Origin: an uncultured delta proteobacterium
GTDB taxonomy: Bacteria > Desulfobacterota > Desulfobaccia > Desulfobaccales > 0-14-0-80-60-11
Direction: 5' to 3'
Assembly: GCA_963812015.1 (NCBI GenBank)
Contig: CAWETI010000003.1
Location: 1,408,001 to 1,472,000 of the forward strand
Length of the DNA: 64,000 bases
Shown: positions 19,975 to 29,425 of the stretch, in pieces
Position numbering within the stretch: position 1 is the stretch's first letter
Layout: each line of letters opens with the position of its first letter
Notes under the pieces: model-generated
Told to the model about the DNA's origin: nothing
Databases searched by the model: none
Seen by the model: the letters and a program-made list of their open reading frames with translations, nothing else
Made by a program: the position numbers and the translations under genes

Positions 19975-20631
19975 ATGCAGATCAGGGATTGGATGACTAA
20001 AGACCCCGTCACCATTACCGAAGACACCTCGATGATTAAGGCCATTCATCTCATGAAGGAGCGCCGTTTCCGGCGGATTCCGGTGGTGAGCCAGGGGAAA
20101 CTGGTGGGCATGGTGACCGACCGGGACCTGAAAGAGGCCTCTCCCTCCAAGGCCACCACCCTGGATGTCCATGAGCTTTACTATCTTTTGGCCGAACTCC
20201 ATGTCAGCGAGATCATGAGCCGCGATCCCCTCAGCGTCTCCCCGGATGACACGGTGGAACACGCGGCCCAGATCATGCTGGAGCATACCATCTCGGGCTT
20301 GCCGGTGGTGGATGGGAGCGGTGCGGTGGTGGGGATCATCACCCAATCCGATGTGTTCCGGGCCTTCATGCAGATTACCGGCGTCCTCCAGGGTGGCGTG
20401 CAGTTCGCCCTGCGCCTGGAGGACCGTCCCGGCCTCATCAAGGATGTGGTGGACCTCCTGCGGGCCCGGGGGGCCCGGTTCGTCAGCCTGCTCTCTTCCT
20501 ATGCCAAGTCAAAGGAAGGCTATCGGGATGTGTACCTCCGGGTTAAGAACCTGCCACCGGAAGCGGTAGCCGCGGCCAAAGAAGAACTGGCCTCCCGCTT
20601 CGAATTACTCTACGTCATTCCGGAAAGGTAG
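19975..20631 (+). CDS. CBS and ACT domain protein (AcuB-like)
   Basis: Two CBS repeats (GMVTDRDL, GIITQSD), ASPSKATTL, ACT domain EDRPG. Confidence 0.9.
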   Translation: MQIRDWMTKDPVTITEDTSMIKAIHLMKERRFRRIPVVSQGKLVGMVTDRDLKEASPSKATTLDVHELYYLLAELHVSEIMSRDPLSVSPDDTVEHAAQIMLEHTISGLPVVDGSGAVVGIITQSDVFRAFMQITGVLQGGVQFALRLEDRPGLIKDVVDLLRARGARFVSLLSSYAKSKEGYRDVYLRVKNLPPEAVAAAKEELASRFELLYVIPER

Positions 20632-20834
20632 GGGGTGAACCACCGGCGCTCCACCTGAGGCGCCGTCCGGTGGGCGTTACTGATTGTTGCGGTACCTAAA
20701 GCGAGGGGGTCGGGGTGCGCCCCGCCCCTCTGGTGTTCCTCTGCCCGCCCGGCAAAACTCATCGAGATTATGACGACCCCGGCGACTCCTTTTCGGCCCG
20801 CGCCGGCCAGCCCCGTGACCTTTGGCCCCATTAC

Positions 20835-21095
20835 CTTGGTGCCCGGATGCAAGGGCGGGCGTTTCAGCAGGTGCTGGCGGCGCGGGAGGCCCGGCTGCTG
20901 GAAGCCCTGAGCAGGCCGCACTCCCTGGAGGAGCTGACGGCCCAGCGCCTCATCTATGGCAAAGTCAAGGAACCCCGGTTCGTCTATGACCACATGGAAG
21001 GCTGGATGGTGGCCCAGCACCTGGACCGCCTCCTCCGCCGGGGCCTGATCGACCGCACCCCGGCAGGGTTTCAGCGGCTGGGCTCACCCGGATAA
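20835..21095 (+). pseudogene. Possible C-terminal remnant of a hydrolase (MBL-fold-like winged-helix tail)
   Basis: REARLLEALSRPHSLEEL..IYG..MVAQHLDRL has coding-like codon usage but no convincing N-terminus. Confidence 0.35.
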
Positions 21096-21249
21096 TGCCT
21101 CCGGCCACCCAGAAGTTGCTGGCATCGGCTTTTCAGTCTGTGCTTGGCCTGGGCTCGACTCCTGGCTATTTTCAGGACTGGTTTGAAGGTTCCGCCTGTT
21201 TCATGTCGTGGATTTAATGGTCAAACGAGGCAAACCTGGCGTTCGCTTT

Positions 21250-21288
21250 AAAAAAAATCCCAGACCGCCCAAGTTGAGCGATCTGGGA
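21250..21288 (-). terminator. Intrinsic terminator after repeat lipoprotein
   Basis: TCCCAGATCGCTC..GGGCGGTCTGGGA stem plus T8 on the minus strand. Confidence 0.75.
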
Positions 21289-21307
21289 GCTTGCCGCGCT
21301 AGGAGAA

Positions 21308-22222
21308 CTACTCCTGCGGTTTTGGCTTGCCAGGGGTAGTTGTTTCAGGCTTACGGCCGCCAGGGGCAGCGGCTGCGGAAGAAGGAGTTGTTCCCGGTTT
21401 GCGAACGTCAGGACCGGTTACTCCAGGTTTACGACCGCCGGGAGTAGCGGCTTCCTGAGGACGGCCGCCAGGGCCGGTGGCTCCGGGAGGGCGAACGCCA
21501 GAAGCAGAGGTTCCCGGTTTACGGACGTCAGGACCAGTGGCTCCCGGAGGCCGGGCGCCAGGACCGGTTACCCCAGGTTTACGGACGCCGGGAGCGGCGG
21601 TTTCCTGAGGACGAGCGCCAGGGCCAGTGGCTCCGGGAGGACGGCCGCTAGGACTGGTGCCCCCAGGGGGACGGACGCCAGGAGCAGCGGTTTCATGAGG
21701 ACGGACGCCAGGCCCGGTGGCTCCGGGAGGACGAACCCCAGGACCGGTTACCCCAGGGGGACGAACGCCGTGGAATCCTTGATTCCATCCTTCACCCTGG
21801 CCACGATGGTATCTATTATAAAAATTCTGGTCATAATGCTGACCCGCTTGGTGTGTGCGCCAATAGGGATACTGTCGCTGAAAATTTTGCCAGTAATGAG
21901 GATTTTGTTGATACCACGTATTCCACCTTGGCGCATACCAGTTAGTGGGTCTAACAATATAGGTGGGAGGATAAGCGTAATACGGGGCCCATCCATATCT
22001 ATTGCCGAAATTGTTATACAACATTCCATTCAAAAACCAATCACCGTTATAAAAGACCCATGGCGTATTGGGGCCAACCCAGGGTGTGGCGTAAAGGTTC
22101 TGGGGCGGGGGGGCATATCCCTGACCATAAGGGTCCTGACCATAGGGGGCTGGAGACATTGGGGCGGTCGCGCATCCAGCCAGCAAAATTGCCATCACAA
22201 GGATAAAACTCAACTTTTTCAT
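21308..22222 (-). CDS. Lipoprotein with Y/W/N/Q-rich domain and Pro/Gly decapeptide repeat tail
   Basis: MKKLSFILVMAILLAGC lipobox; GGAG RBS; 13 tandem GVRPPGxTGP-like units. Confidence 0.8.
   Translation of the reverse strand: MKKLSFILVMAILLAGCATAPMSPAPYGQDPYGQGYAPPPQNLYATPWVGPNTPWVFYNGDWFLNGMLYNNFGNRYGWAPYYAYPPTYIVRPTNWYAPRWNTWYQQNPHYWQNFQRQYPYWRTHQAGQHYDQNFYNRYHRGQGEGWNQGFHGVRPPGVTGPGVRPPGATGPGVRPHETAAPGVRPPGGTSPSGRPPGATGPGARPQETAAPGVRKPGVTGPGARPPGATGPDVRKPGTSASGVRPPGATGPGGRPQEAATPGGRKPGVTGPDVRKPGTTPSSAAAAPGGRKPETTTPGKPKPQE
21380..21769 (-). repeat. Coding tandem repeat, 30-nt unit x13
   Basis: Units such as ggcgtccgtcctcatgaaaccgctgctcct and ggggttcgtcctcccggagccaccgggcct. Confidence 0.9.
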
Positions 22223-22814
22223 ACCTATCTCCACGCGTATTTTTTTCCGATGATGCCGGGGCACGCCTTATAGCCTTAAACGGTTTCCTTCCTCTGCCCC
22301 TAACGCCAAAGCTTTGTCCCTCTTAACACGTTAGATGAATCTCGACAATATATGTTAGGCGCCTTTCTCACCCGGGGGTGTTTAGGTGTAACCCACTATA
22401 AACTTTTATCATTTCAATTAAAATGCTCCTTGCTTAACTTTATCTCATTTCTGCTGTCTAAAAATTCAAATGGCTCTCCTCTGCGTGCTTGGGCTAGCCC
22501 AGGTCGGCATGGCGGTGGCAATCTCAGCGGCAGCCCATCCAGGGGCTGAGTCTGGCAGCTTCCAAGCAAAATTTATCCAACCCGGGCAGTGGATAGACGC
22601 ACTGGACAAGCTGGTGCAGCAAGCACGCTGCATCCTGTATCTCAGGACTCTCATGAACGAAGCTCAAAGTATCAAGAGCGGGCCCGGAGGGGGGGCGCCT
22701 TACCCCTCAGACCCACCGTGAGATTCCAGTTTCCCGACCCAGCCCGGAGGCTGGGATATACGCAAGTAAAATCAGGCCTGATGTTTTCTTACTCTCACCA
22801 GGAGGATTATTCCG

Positions 22815-24008
22815 ATGGGTAAATGGAGCGCAAGCATCACCTTGGCAGGATTGGCGCTGGGGAGTCTGTTGCTGAGGGGATCACCGGCTGGAGCGCAGTC
22901 CGTCTACGACCCCCATATGGATCAGCGGGAGGCCTACCAACAGCAACGTATCCAGCAGGGGATTGACAACGGTTCCTTGACTTCCGGCGAAGCCGGGCGC
23001 CTGGAAAATGAACAAGCTCGCATCCAGGCCACCGAGGACCGGATGAAGGCGGACGGCAACCTGTCTCCCAGGGAGCGGGAACGGCTCAGCCAGATGCAGA
23101 ACCGGGCCAGCCAAGATATTAACCGCCTGGAGAATAATAACCGCACCGCAGGCGGGGGAGGCAATTACCCCTACGGCTGGAGTGGGCATACCAATTCCGG
23201 CTGGGGTGGACAGAACTACGGCGGCAGGGGTGACAATACCTATGATCCCAGGATCGATCGCCGGGAAGCCTACCAACAGCAACGCATCCAGCAGGGCATT
23301 AACAACGGTTCCTTGACTCCCGGGGAAGCCCGTTACCTGAAAAGGGAACAGGGTCGCATCGATCGGGCCGAGGACCGGATGAAGGCTGACGGCAACCTGT
23401 CTCCCCAGGAGCGGCTACGACTCAGCCAGATGCAGAACCGGGCCGGCCAAGATATTAACCGCCTGGAAAATAATAACCGGACCACCGCGGGTTATAGCGG
23501 CAACCAGGCCGGGTGGCGGGGCAATAACGGCGCGTGGCGGGGAAATAACCCCGGTGGCGGCGCAACCGCGACCAGCGGGACCCCCACAGCCGGCAATAAC
23601 CAAGGCTGGCGTAACGGCAGTGGCAACGGCACCGCGGCGAGCGGCACCACCACCGCAAGTAATGCCACCGGTACTCCCCAAGGTTGGCAGGGTCCTGGTA
23701 GGGGGGCGGCGTCGACTGGAAATGCCAATTATCGTAACGGGCAGCCGGGATCGTACCAGCAACCAGGCGCCCAAGCAGGGCAGGGCGGGCAGCAATATCA
23801 GCGACCCTCCATCCAGGGGACCCAGTCTCAGATGAGGACCAACCAACCGGCCCCTGGGCAGGGGCAGTATCGGCAAGCTCGTGCGCAGATGCCCCAAACC
23901 CAGATGAGGCCGAATGGCAATATGATGGCTCGGCAACCGTTCGGGCTGGGCCGGATGGTGAATCGCGCCAGCTTCTCCGTTCCTAGAGCCGCGCTTCGGA
24001 GGCGGTAA
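22815..24008 (+). CDS. Secreted protein with duplicated 81-aa helical domain and G/N/Q-rich tail
   Basis: Signal peptide; YDP..D.REAYQQQRIQQGI.NGSLT.GEA.. at 22905-23147 and 23241-23483; AGGAGG RBS. Confidence 0.8.
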   Translation: MGKWSASITLAGLALGSLLLRGSPAGAQSVYDPHMDQREAYQQQRIQQGIDNGSLTSGEAGRLENEQARIQATEDRMKADGNLSPRERERLSQMQNRASQDINRLENNNRTAGGGGNYPYGWSGHTNSGWGGQNYGGRGDNTYDPRIDRREAYQQQRIQQGINNGSLTPGEARYLKREQGRIDRAEDRMKADGNLSPQERLRLSQMQNRAGQDINRLENNNRTTAGYSGNQAGWRGNNGAWRGNNPGGGATATSGTPTAGNNQGWRNGSGNGTAASGTTTASNATGTPQGWQGPGRGAASTGNANYRNGQPGSYQQPGAQAGQGGQQYQRPSIQGTQSQMRTNQPAPGQGQYRQARAQMPQTQMRPNGNMMARQPFGLGRMVNRASFSVPRAALRRR

Positions 24009-24218
24009 CCTCGCCGGCTAAGATGGTAGAGGAGGGCAGGGAGGCCCAGGTTCTCCCGCTCTCCTCCGCCACACCTTCATTAACTTCCCGAGCCTGTCGG
24101 GCTGATTAATTTTTCCCGCCTCCCACTCATCAAACTCAGATTGAAAAATTCCACCGAACCCTTGGCGGCATGAATGTGGCTGGGCTCAGCCTGGCCCCCG
24201 GACCGCCACAACCATTTT

Positions 24219-24346
24219 AAGCCATTTCAAAACCTGCTTTTTTGTCATCCTGAACGGCGTGAAGGATCTCAATTTATTAAAAAGACGAGATTATTCGCTA
24301 CGCTCAGAATGACAATTCTCTATCAATCCAGGTTTCGAAATGGCTT
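24219..24346. repeat. MITE/REP-like element with 18-bp terminal inverted repeats
   Basis: AAGCCATTTCAAAACCTG / CAGGTTTCGAAATGGCTT (17/18); internal TTGTCATCCTGA..TCAGAATGACAA palindrome. Confidence 0.7.
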
Positions 24347-24427
24347 GTTGCACAGCCCAAGAGGGGATTTCCCGCTCACTCGCCAACCTACGCATTGCTC
24401 TTCATGTGCGGGATATTGCCAGAAGAG

Positions 24428-24457
24428 AAAAAGGCAGGGGCTCATCACCCCTGCCTT
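24428..24457 (-). terminator. Intrinsic terminator after dxs
   Basis: AAGGCAGGGG..CCCCTGCCTT stem followed by T tract on the minus strand. Confidence 0.65.
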
Positions 24458-24489
24458 GGTGGTCTTTTACCAAAAACCGAAAACCGTCT

Positions 24490-26442
24490 TTAATTAAACG
24501 TGCCCCAGACCACCTTCTTGGGCTGGGACGGCTGCTCCAGGACGGCGAGGGCGCTTTTCAGGATGCCGGGGGCATCCAGCCCGTACTGTTTCCGAAGAAT
24601 AGCCTGAGTGCCGTGTTCCACGAAGACGTCGGGAATCCCCAGGCGTTTCACCGAAATCCCGAAGAGGTCATGGTCGGCCAGGAGTTCCAGCACGGCGCTG
24701 CCGAAGCCGCCGGCCAGGACGTTCTCTTCCACCGTCAGGACCCGGCCGTGTTTGGCCGCCAGGCTCAGGATCAGGGATTCATCCAGGGGTTTGACGAAGC
24801 GGGCGTTGACCACGGTGGCGGTGAAGCCCTGCTGTTCCAACTCCTGGGCCGCGGCCAGGGCCGGGTAAACAGAGGCTCCCAGGGCCAGAATGAGCAAGTC
24901 CTTCCCTTCCCGCAGCACCTCGGCCTGGCCGATGGGAACCTTGCGCAGGGTGGAGGAAAAGCCTACGCCCACGCCCCGCCCCCGGGGGTACCGGAGGGCG
25001 ACGGGACCCGGGTGCTCCACCGCAGTGAAGAGCATATCCCGCAATTCATTTTCATCTTTGGGGGCCATCAACACCAAATTGGGCAGGTGGCGCATATATG
25101 ACAGGTCGAAGAGCCCCTGGTGGGTTTCGCCGTCTTCGCCCACGACGCCGGCCCGATCCAGGGCAAAGACCACCGGCAACTCCTGCATGCAGACATCGTG
25201 GAGCACCTGGTCATAGGCCCGCTGCATAAAGGTGGAGTAGATGGTGGCCACCGGCCGCATCCCCCCCACTGCCAATCCCGCGGCGAAGGTTACGGCGTGC
25301 TGTTCACAGATGCCCACGTCAAAGAAGCGGCTCGGGAACTCCTGGTGGAAGTCCACCAATCCGGTGCCGTCGGGCATGGCCGCGGTTATGGCCACAATTT
25401 TGGGGTTCTCCCGGGCCAGGCGCACCAGGGTGTCGCCGAAGACCTGGGTGTAGGTCGGCACCTCACTCACGCTCTTCTTGGGCTCACCGGTATCGGGATC
25501 GAACTTGCCCAGGCCGTGAAATCCGGTGGGGTCGGTCTCGGCGGGGCGGTAGCCCTTGCCCTTGGTGGTGAGCACGTGCACCAGGATCGGCCCCTGCAGG
25601 TTCTTGACGTTGTTGAAGGTCTCGATCAGGTGATCCAGACGGTGGCCGTTCACCGGACCCAGGTAGGTGAATTTGAGGGCCTCGAACAGCATGCCCGGAG
25701 TGATAAAGGCCTTGAAGGATTCTTCGCTGCGCTTGGCCCAGGTCACCAGATCATCGCCGATGGCCGGGAAGGAGCGCAGGAGATTCTCCACCTGCTTTTT
25801 CAGAAAGACCATGGTAGGCCGGGTGAGTTTACGGCTGAAAAAAGAGGACAGGGCGCCCACATTGGGAGCTATGGACATGCCGTTGTCATTCAGGACCACG
25901 ATGAGGTTCTTATTCAGATCCCCCGCGTTGTTCAGACCTTCAAAGGCGATCCCGGCGGTCATGGAGCCGTCGCCGATCACTGCGACTACCCGGTGACGTT
26001 CCCGCTTCAAGCATTGGGCGCTGGCTATCCCTAAGGCCGCGGAGATGGAGGTGGAACTGTGCCCCGTGTCGAAGGCATCGTAGCAGCTCTCGCCCCGCTT
26101 GGGAAAACCGCTGAGGCCGCCGTGCTGCCGCAGGGTATGAAACCGGTCACAGCGTCCGGTGAGCAACTTGTGGGCATACGCCTGGTGCCCAACGTCCCAC
26201 ACGAACTTGTCCCGGGGGCAGTCAAAGACGTAATGCAGGGCGATGGCGAGTTCCACCACTCCCAGGCTGGGGGCCAGGTGCCCGCCGGTTTTGGCCACGG
26301 TGGAGATGATTTTCTCCCGGATCTCCTGGGCCAGGTGCGGCAGGAATTCCGGTGGCAGTTTCTTTAACTCCTGGGGATTATTAATGGTATCCAGCAAACG
26401 ACGGGCCGCAGTCTCCGTCCGGTTGCCCTGGCGGTTGTCCAT
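24490..26442 (-). CDS. dxs: 1-deoxy-D-xylulose-5-phosphate synthase
   Basis: [52 protein letters not shown]. Confidence 0.98.
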   Translation of the reverse strand: MDNRQGNRTETAARRLLDTINNPQELKKLPPEFLPHLAQEIREKIISTVAKTGGHLAPSLGVVELAIALHYVFDCPRDKFVWDVGHQAYAHKLLTGRCDRFHTLRQHGGLSGFPKRGESCYDAFDTGHSSTSISAALGIASAQCLKRERHRVVAVIGDGSMTAGIAFEGLNNAGDLNKNLIVVLNDNGMSIAPNVGALSSFFSRKLTRPTMVFLKKQVENLLRSFPAIGDDLVTWAKRSEESFKAFITPGMLFEALKFTYLGPVNGHRLDHLIETFNNVKNLQGPILVHVLTTKGKGYRPAETDPTGFHGLGKFDPDTGEPKKSVSEVPTYTQVFGDTLVRLARENPKIVAITAAMPDGTGLVDFHQEFPSRFFDVGICEQHAVTFAAGLAVGGMRPVATIYSTFMQRAYDQVLHDVCMQELPVVFALDRAGVVGEDGETHQGLFDLSYMRHLPNLVLMAPKDENELRDMLFTAVEHPGPVALRYPRGRGVGVGFSSTLRKVPIGQAEVLREGKDLLILALGASVYPALAAAQELEQQGFTATVVNARFVKPLDESLILSLAAKHGRVLTVEENVLAGGFGSAVLELLADHDLFGISVKRLGIPDVFVEHGTQAILRKQYGLDAPGILKSALAVLEQPSQPKKVVWGTFN

Positions 26443-26555
26443 GTGCGCCTAACCTCTCACCACTGGGTTATGTAAGGTTACTCTTTACCTGCGATAATTT
26501 CAACTGATTCAGCGTTTTTGCGCGTTAATCGGCTCATCAAAGCGGCCAGACGCAC

Positions 26556-27446
26556 TTATGAGCGCCGGACCAGGAGATAGCGGGCCAGTTCCCGCAAAGG
26601 TTCGGCCCGTTCCTGAAAAGCTGCCAGGGCGGCGATGGCGGTTTCCACCAGGTTTTGGGCCCACTTCCGGGTGGCCTCCAGTCCCAGCACCGCAGGGTAC
26701 GTGGCTTTCTGGCGCTTTGCATCCATGCCCGGGGCCTTGCCCATCTCGGCAGCTTCACCTTCTACATCTAATAGATCGTCGGTAATCTGAAACGTTAGCC
26801 CAAATTTTTCGCCGTAATCGGTGAGGGAGGTCACGTCGGCCCGACTGCCGCCCCCTATCAGGGCCCCGGACCGCACCGCCGCAGTGAGCAAAGCCCCCGT
26901 CTTGTGGCGGTGGATGGTCTCCAGTTCCTTCAAGGAGACCCGGCGACCTTCCGCCAGCAGGTCCAGCATCTGGCCTCCCACCATGCCCTGAAAACCAGCC
27001 GCGGCCGCAACCTCGCGCATCACCTCCAGCAAGACCCCCTCCCGGCCTTCATACCGGGAGGCTGCCGCGGCCATGGTGTGGAAGGCCTCGGTGAGCAGGC
27101 CGTCTCCCGCCAGGATGGCGGTGGCCTCGTCAAACTGCTTGTGGCAGGTGGGCCGGCCCCGGCGCAGATCATCATCGTCCATGGCCGGCAGATCGTCATG
27201 GATCAGGGAGTAGGTGTGGATCATTTCCAGGGCGCAGGCCACGGGCAGGGCTTCCCCCGGGTCGCCCCCCACCGCCTCCGCCGCGGCCAGGCACAAAATG
27301 GGCCGCAGCCTCTTGCCGCCCACGAACAGGCTGTAGTGCATGGCCTCGGTCACCCGGAAGGCCGGCCCCCTCACCTTCGGCAGATACGCTTCCAGGGCCC
27401 GATTGACCAGTCCCCCCCGTTCCTCCAGGTAGGCCTTCAGATCCAC
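26556..27446 (-). CDS. ispA: Farnesyl diphosphate synthase / polyprenyl synthetase
   Basis: GGKRLRP, SLIHDDLPAMDDDDLRRGRPT (FARM), FQITDDLLD (SARM); GTG start 27446; xseB-ispA-dxs synteny. Confidence 0.95.
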   Translation of the reverse strand: MDLKAYLEERGGLVNRALEAYLPKVRGPAFRVTEAMHYSLFVGGKRLRPILCLAAAEAVGGDPGEALPVACALEMIHTYSLIHDDLPAMDDDDLRRGRPTCHKQFDEATAILAGDGLLTEAFHTMAAAASRYEGREGVLLEVMREVAAAAGFQGMVGGQMLDLLAEGRRVSLKELETIHRHKTGALLTAAVRSGALIGGGSRADVTSLTDYGEKFGLTFQITDDLLDVEGEAAEMGKAPGMDAKRQKATYPAVLGLEATRKWAQNLVETAIAALAAFQERAEPLRELARYLLVRRS

Positions 27447-27499
27447 GTTATTCCTCTGTTTGCGAAAATCAAGCTGCAAGCAACCAAGTGCCGAATATT

Positions 27500-27577
27500 T
27501 ACCCCCCCTTTGAAAAAGGGGGGAAAGGGGGGATTTATAGCAACCCCCTAAATCCCCCTTTAAAAAAGGGGGACTTA
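27500..27577. repeat. CCCCCTTT..AAAGGGGG palindromic repeat doublet
   Basis: Same family as 36588-36676. Confidence 0.7.
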
Positions 27578-27636
27578 AAAGACCTGCCATTCAAGAAATG
27601 GCTCGCTTTATACCATTACCATGATCGATCGCGACA

Positions 27637-27894
27637 CTATGAGGCGCCACTATTTTCGTCTTCAGGGAACGGCCGGGTAAAAAACCGCCCGGCGTCATCC
27701 TTGAGCAGGAGTTCCACCCGCTTTTCCACTTCGTCCAACTTCTTATGACATAACCGCACCAACTGCACCCCTTCTTCGAAGGCGCGCATGGCCTCCTCCA
27801 GGGGCAGGTCGCCGTGCTCCAGAGAATCCAGCACTTCCTCCAGGCGCTTCAGCCCCGCCTCGAAACTCAACTCCTGCTGTTTGCCCTTGGCCAT
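27637..27894 (-). CDS. xseB: Exodeoxyribonuclease VII small subunit
   Basis: SFEAGLKRLEEV..LE.GDLPLEEAM..FEEGVQL..C..KL. Confidence 0.95.
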   Translation of the reverse strand: MAKGKQQELSFEAGLKRLEEVLDSLEHGDLPLEEAMRAFEEGVQLVRLCHKKLDEVEKRVELLLKDDAGRFFTRPFPEDENSGAS

Positions 27895-27958
27895 GGTTTT
27901 TCTCTTTGTGGCGATTGAGAAAGGGAGCCAGGGGCCGACGGCCCCCCTCCCCAAAATT

Positions 27959-29299
27959 TTATTCCCCCGCTACCTCCCTCACTTCGCAATCCAGGCGGCC
28001 CCGGGCCACCCGGACCCGGATGGCCGCGCCGGCGGGCACCAGGGTGGCGTCCCGGATGAGCGTTTCCCGGGGGAGCAGGGTGGCCACGGCGTAACCCCGC
28101 TTCAGGATAGCCAGGGGATTGAGCTGCTCCAGTTGGCTCTGGCCATACTCCAGGTGCCTACGGTGTTCCGTCTGGCGCCGGCGGAAGTTCTGGCCCAACA
28201 TCTGGGCCGCGTGTTCCAGCCGTTGCCGGGCTGATCCCAAAGTCCGCCGGGGACTCAGGAGAAAGAGGCGGGAGGTGGCCAACCGCAAGCCCTGCTCCTG
28301 CTGGGTGACGGTGCGCCGGACCCGGCGTAGCAGCACCTCGCCTTTTTCATCAATTTTAAGGCGCAAATCCACCAGGGCGCGGCGCACATCCGGCAGCCGC
28401 CGGGCCATCAAGCCCAGGTGCTGCTGGGCCATATCCCGGCGTCGGGCCAGCGTTCGGGCCAGGGTGGCGCCCAGGCGGTGCAGTCGGCGATTCAGTTCGG
28501 CCTTATCCGGCGCCACCAGCTCCACTGCGGCGCTGGGGGTGGGAGCCCGCATATCGGCGACAAAATCGGCAATGGTGAAATCCACTTCGTGGCCCACCGC
28601 CGAAACCACCGGGATGGGGCAGCGGTGGATGGCCCGGGCCACCACCTCCTCGTTGAAAGGCCACAAATCTTCCAGGGAACCGCCGCCCCGGGCCAGGACG
28701 ATGACCGAAAGCCCAGGGTAGGCGCCCAGGTCGTCCAGGGCTTGAGAAATTTCGCCGGCAGCCTCAGCCCCCTGGACCTTCACCGGGTAAATCAGCACCT
28801 CGACCTGGGGAAAGCGCTGTCCCAACAGCCGCAGGAAATCCCGCACCGCCGCCCCGGTGGGGGAGGTGATGAGGCCGATCTTTTTGGGCAGGAACGGCAA
28901 CGGTTTTTTCAACTCCGGGGCAAACAGCCCTTCGGCTTGAAGCCGGGTCTTCAGGACTTCGAAGGCCTGGGCCAGGGCCCCCTGCCCCAGGGGCTCCAGA
29001 TAATCCAGGATGAGCTGGTATTCCCCCCGGGGCTCATACACCGTGAGGCGTCCCCGGCACAGGAACTGGCTGCCTTCCTGGGGTTTGCAACGCATATGCT
29101 GGTGCGTGCCCTTGAAGAGCACGGCCCGGAGTTGGGCCCCGGCATCCTTGAGGGTGAAGTAGTAGTGGCCGCTCAGGGGCTGCCGGAGATTGGAAACCTC
29201 AGCGCTCACCCAGACCAGGGAGAAATAGGTCTCCAGCCGGTCCCGGATATCCCGGGTGAGGGCGCTCACCGTATAGATGTGGGGCAATTCCTGGTTCAT
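27959..29299 (-). CDS. xseA: Exodeoxyribonuclease VII large subunit
   Basis: SGHYYFTLKD, ITSPTGAAVRD, ARGGGSLEDLWPFN, GHEVDFTIADFVAD.RAPTPSAA, LKRGYA. Confidence 0.97.
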   Translation of the reverse strand: MNQELPHIYTVSALTRDIRDRLETYFSLVWVSAEVSNLRQPLSGHYYFTLKDAGAQLRAVLFKGTHQHMRCKPQEGSQFLCRGRLTVYEPRGEYQLILDYLEPLGQGALAQAFEVLKTRLQAEGLFAPELKKPLPFLPKKIGLITSPTGAAVRDFLRLLGQRFPQVEVLIYPVKVQGAEAAGEISQALDDLGAYPGLSVIVLARGGGSLEDLWPFNEEVVARAIHRCPIPVVSAVGHEVDFTIADFVADMRAPTPSAAVELVAPDKAELNRRLHRLGATLARTLARRRDMAQQHLGLMARRLPDVRRALVDLRLKIDEKGEVLLRRVRRTVTQQEQGLRLATSRLFLLSPRRTLGSARQRLEHAAQMLGQNFRRRQTEHRRHLEYGQSQLEQLNPLAILKRGYAVATLLPRETLIRDATLVPAGAAIRVRVARGRLDCEVREVAGE

Positions 29300-29425
29300 A
29301 AAAGTTAATTTAATAATAATATCATATTTAGGGGTGCGCCGGAGGAATATTTTGTGACGTCAGGGGCACGGGTTTATGCGAAAAAACCTGGGCGTACTGC
29401 GGAGGGACGGCACGGGGAGGCAATC

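Noticed and set aside
21380..21769. Regular 30-nt repeats as a possible CRISPR array
   Set aside because: No unique spacers, variation follows codon positions, lies inside a lipoprotein ORF, and no cas genes are present
22470..22721. 83-aa ORF with a signal-like start between the two low-complexity genes
   Set aside because: No convincing RBS and no recognisable family; cannot be supported from sequence alone
27447..27590. N-terminal extensions of the ispA ORF (and of the RND adaptor ORF at 8587-8763)
   Set aside because: They are translations of intergenic palindromic repeats; better starts with RBS exist downstream
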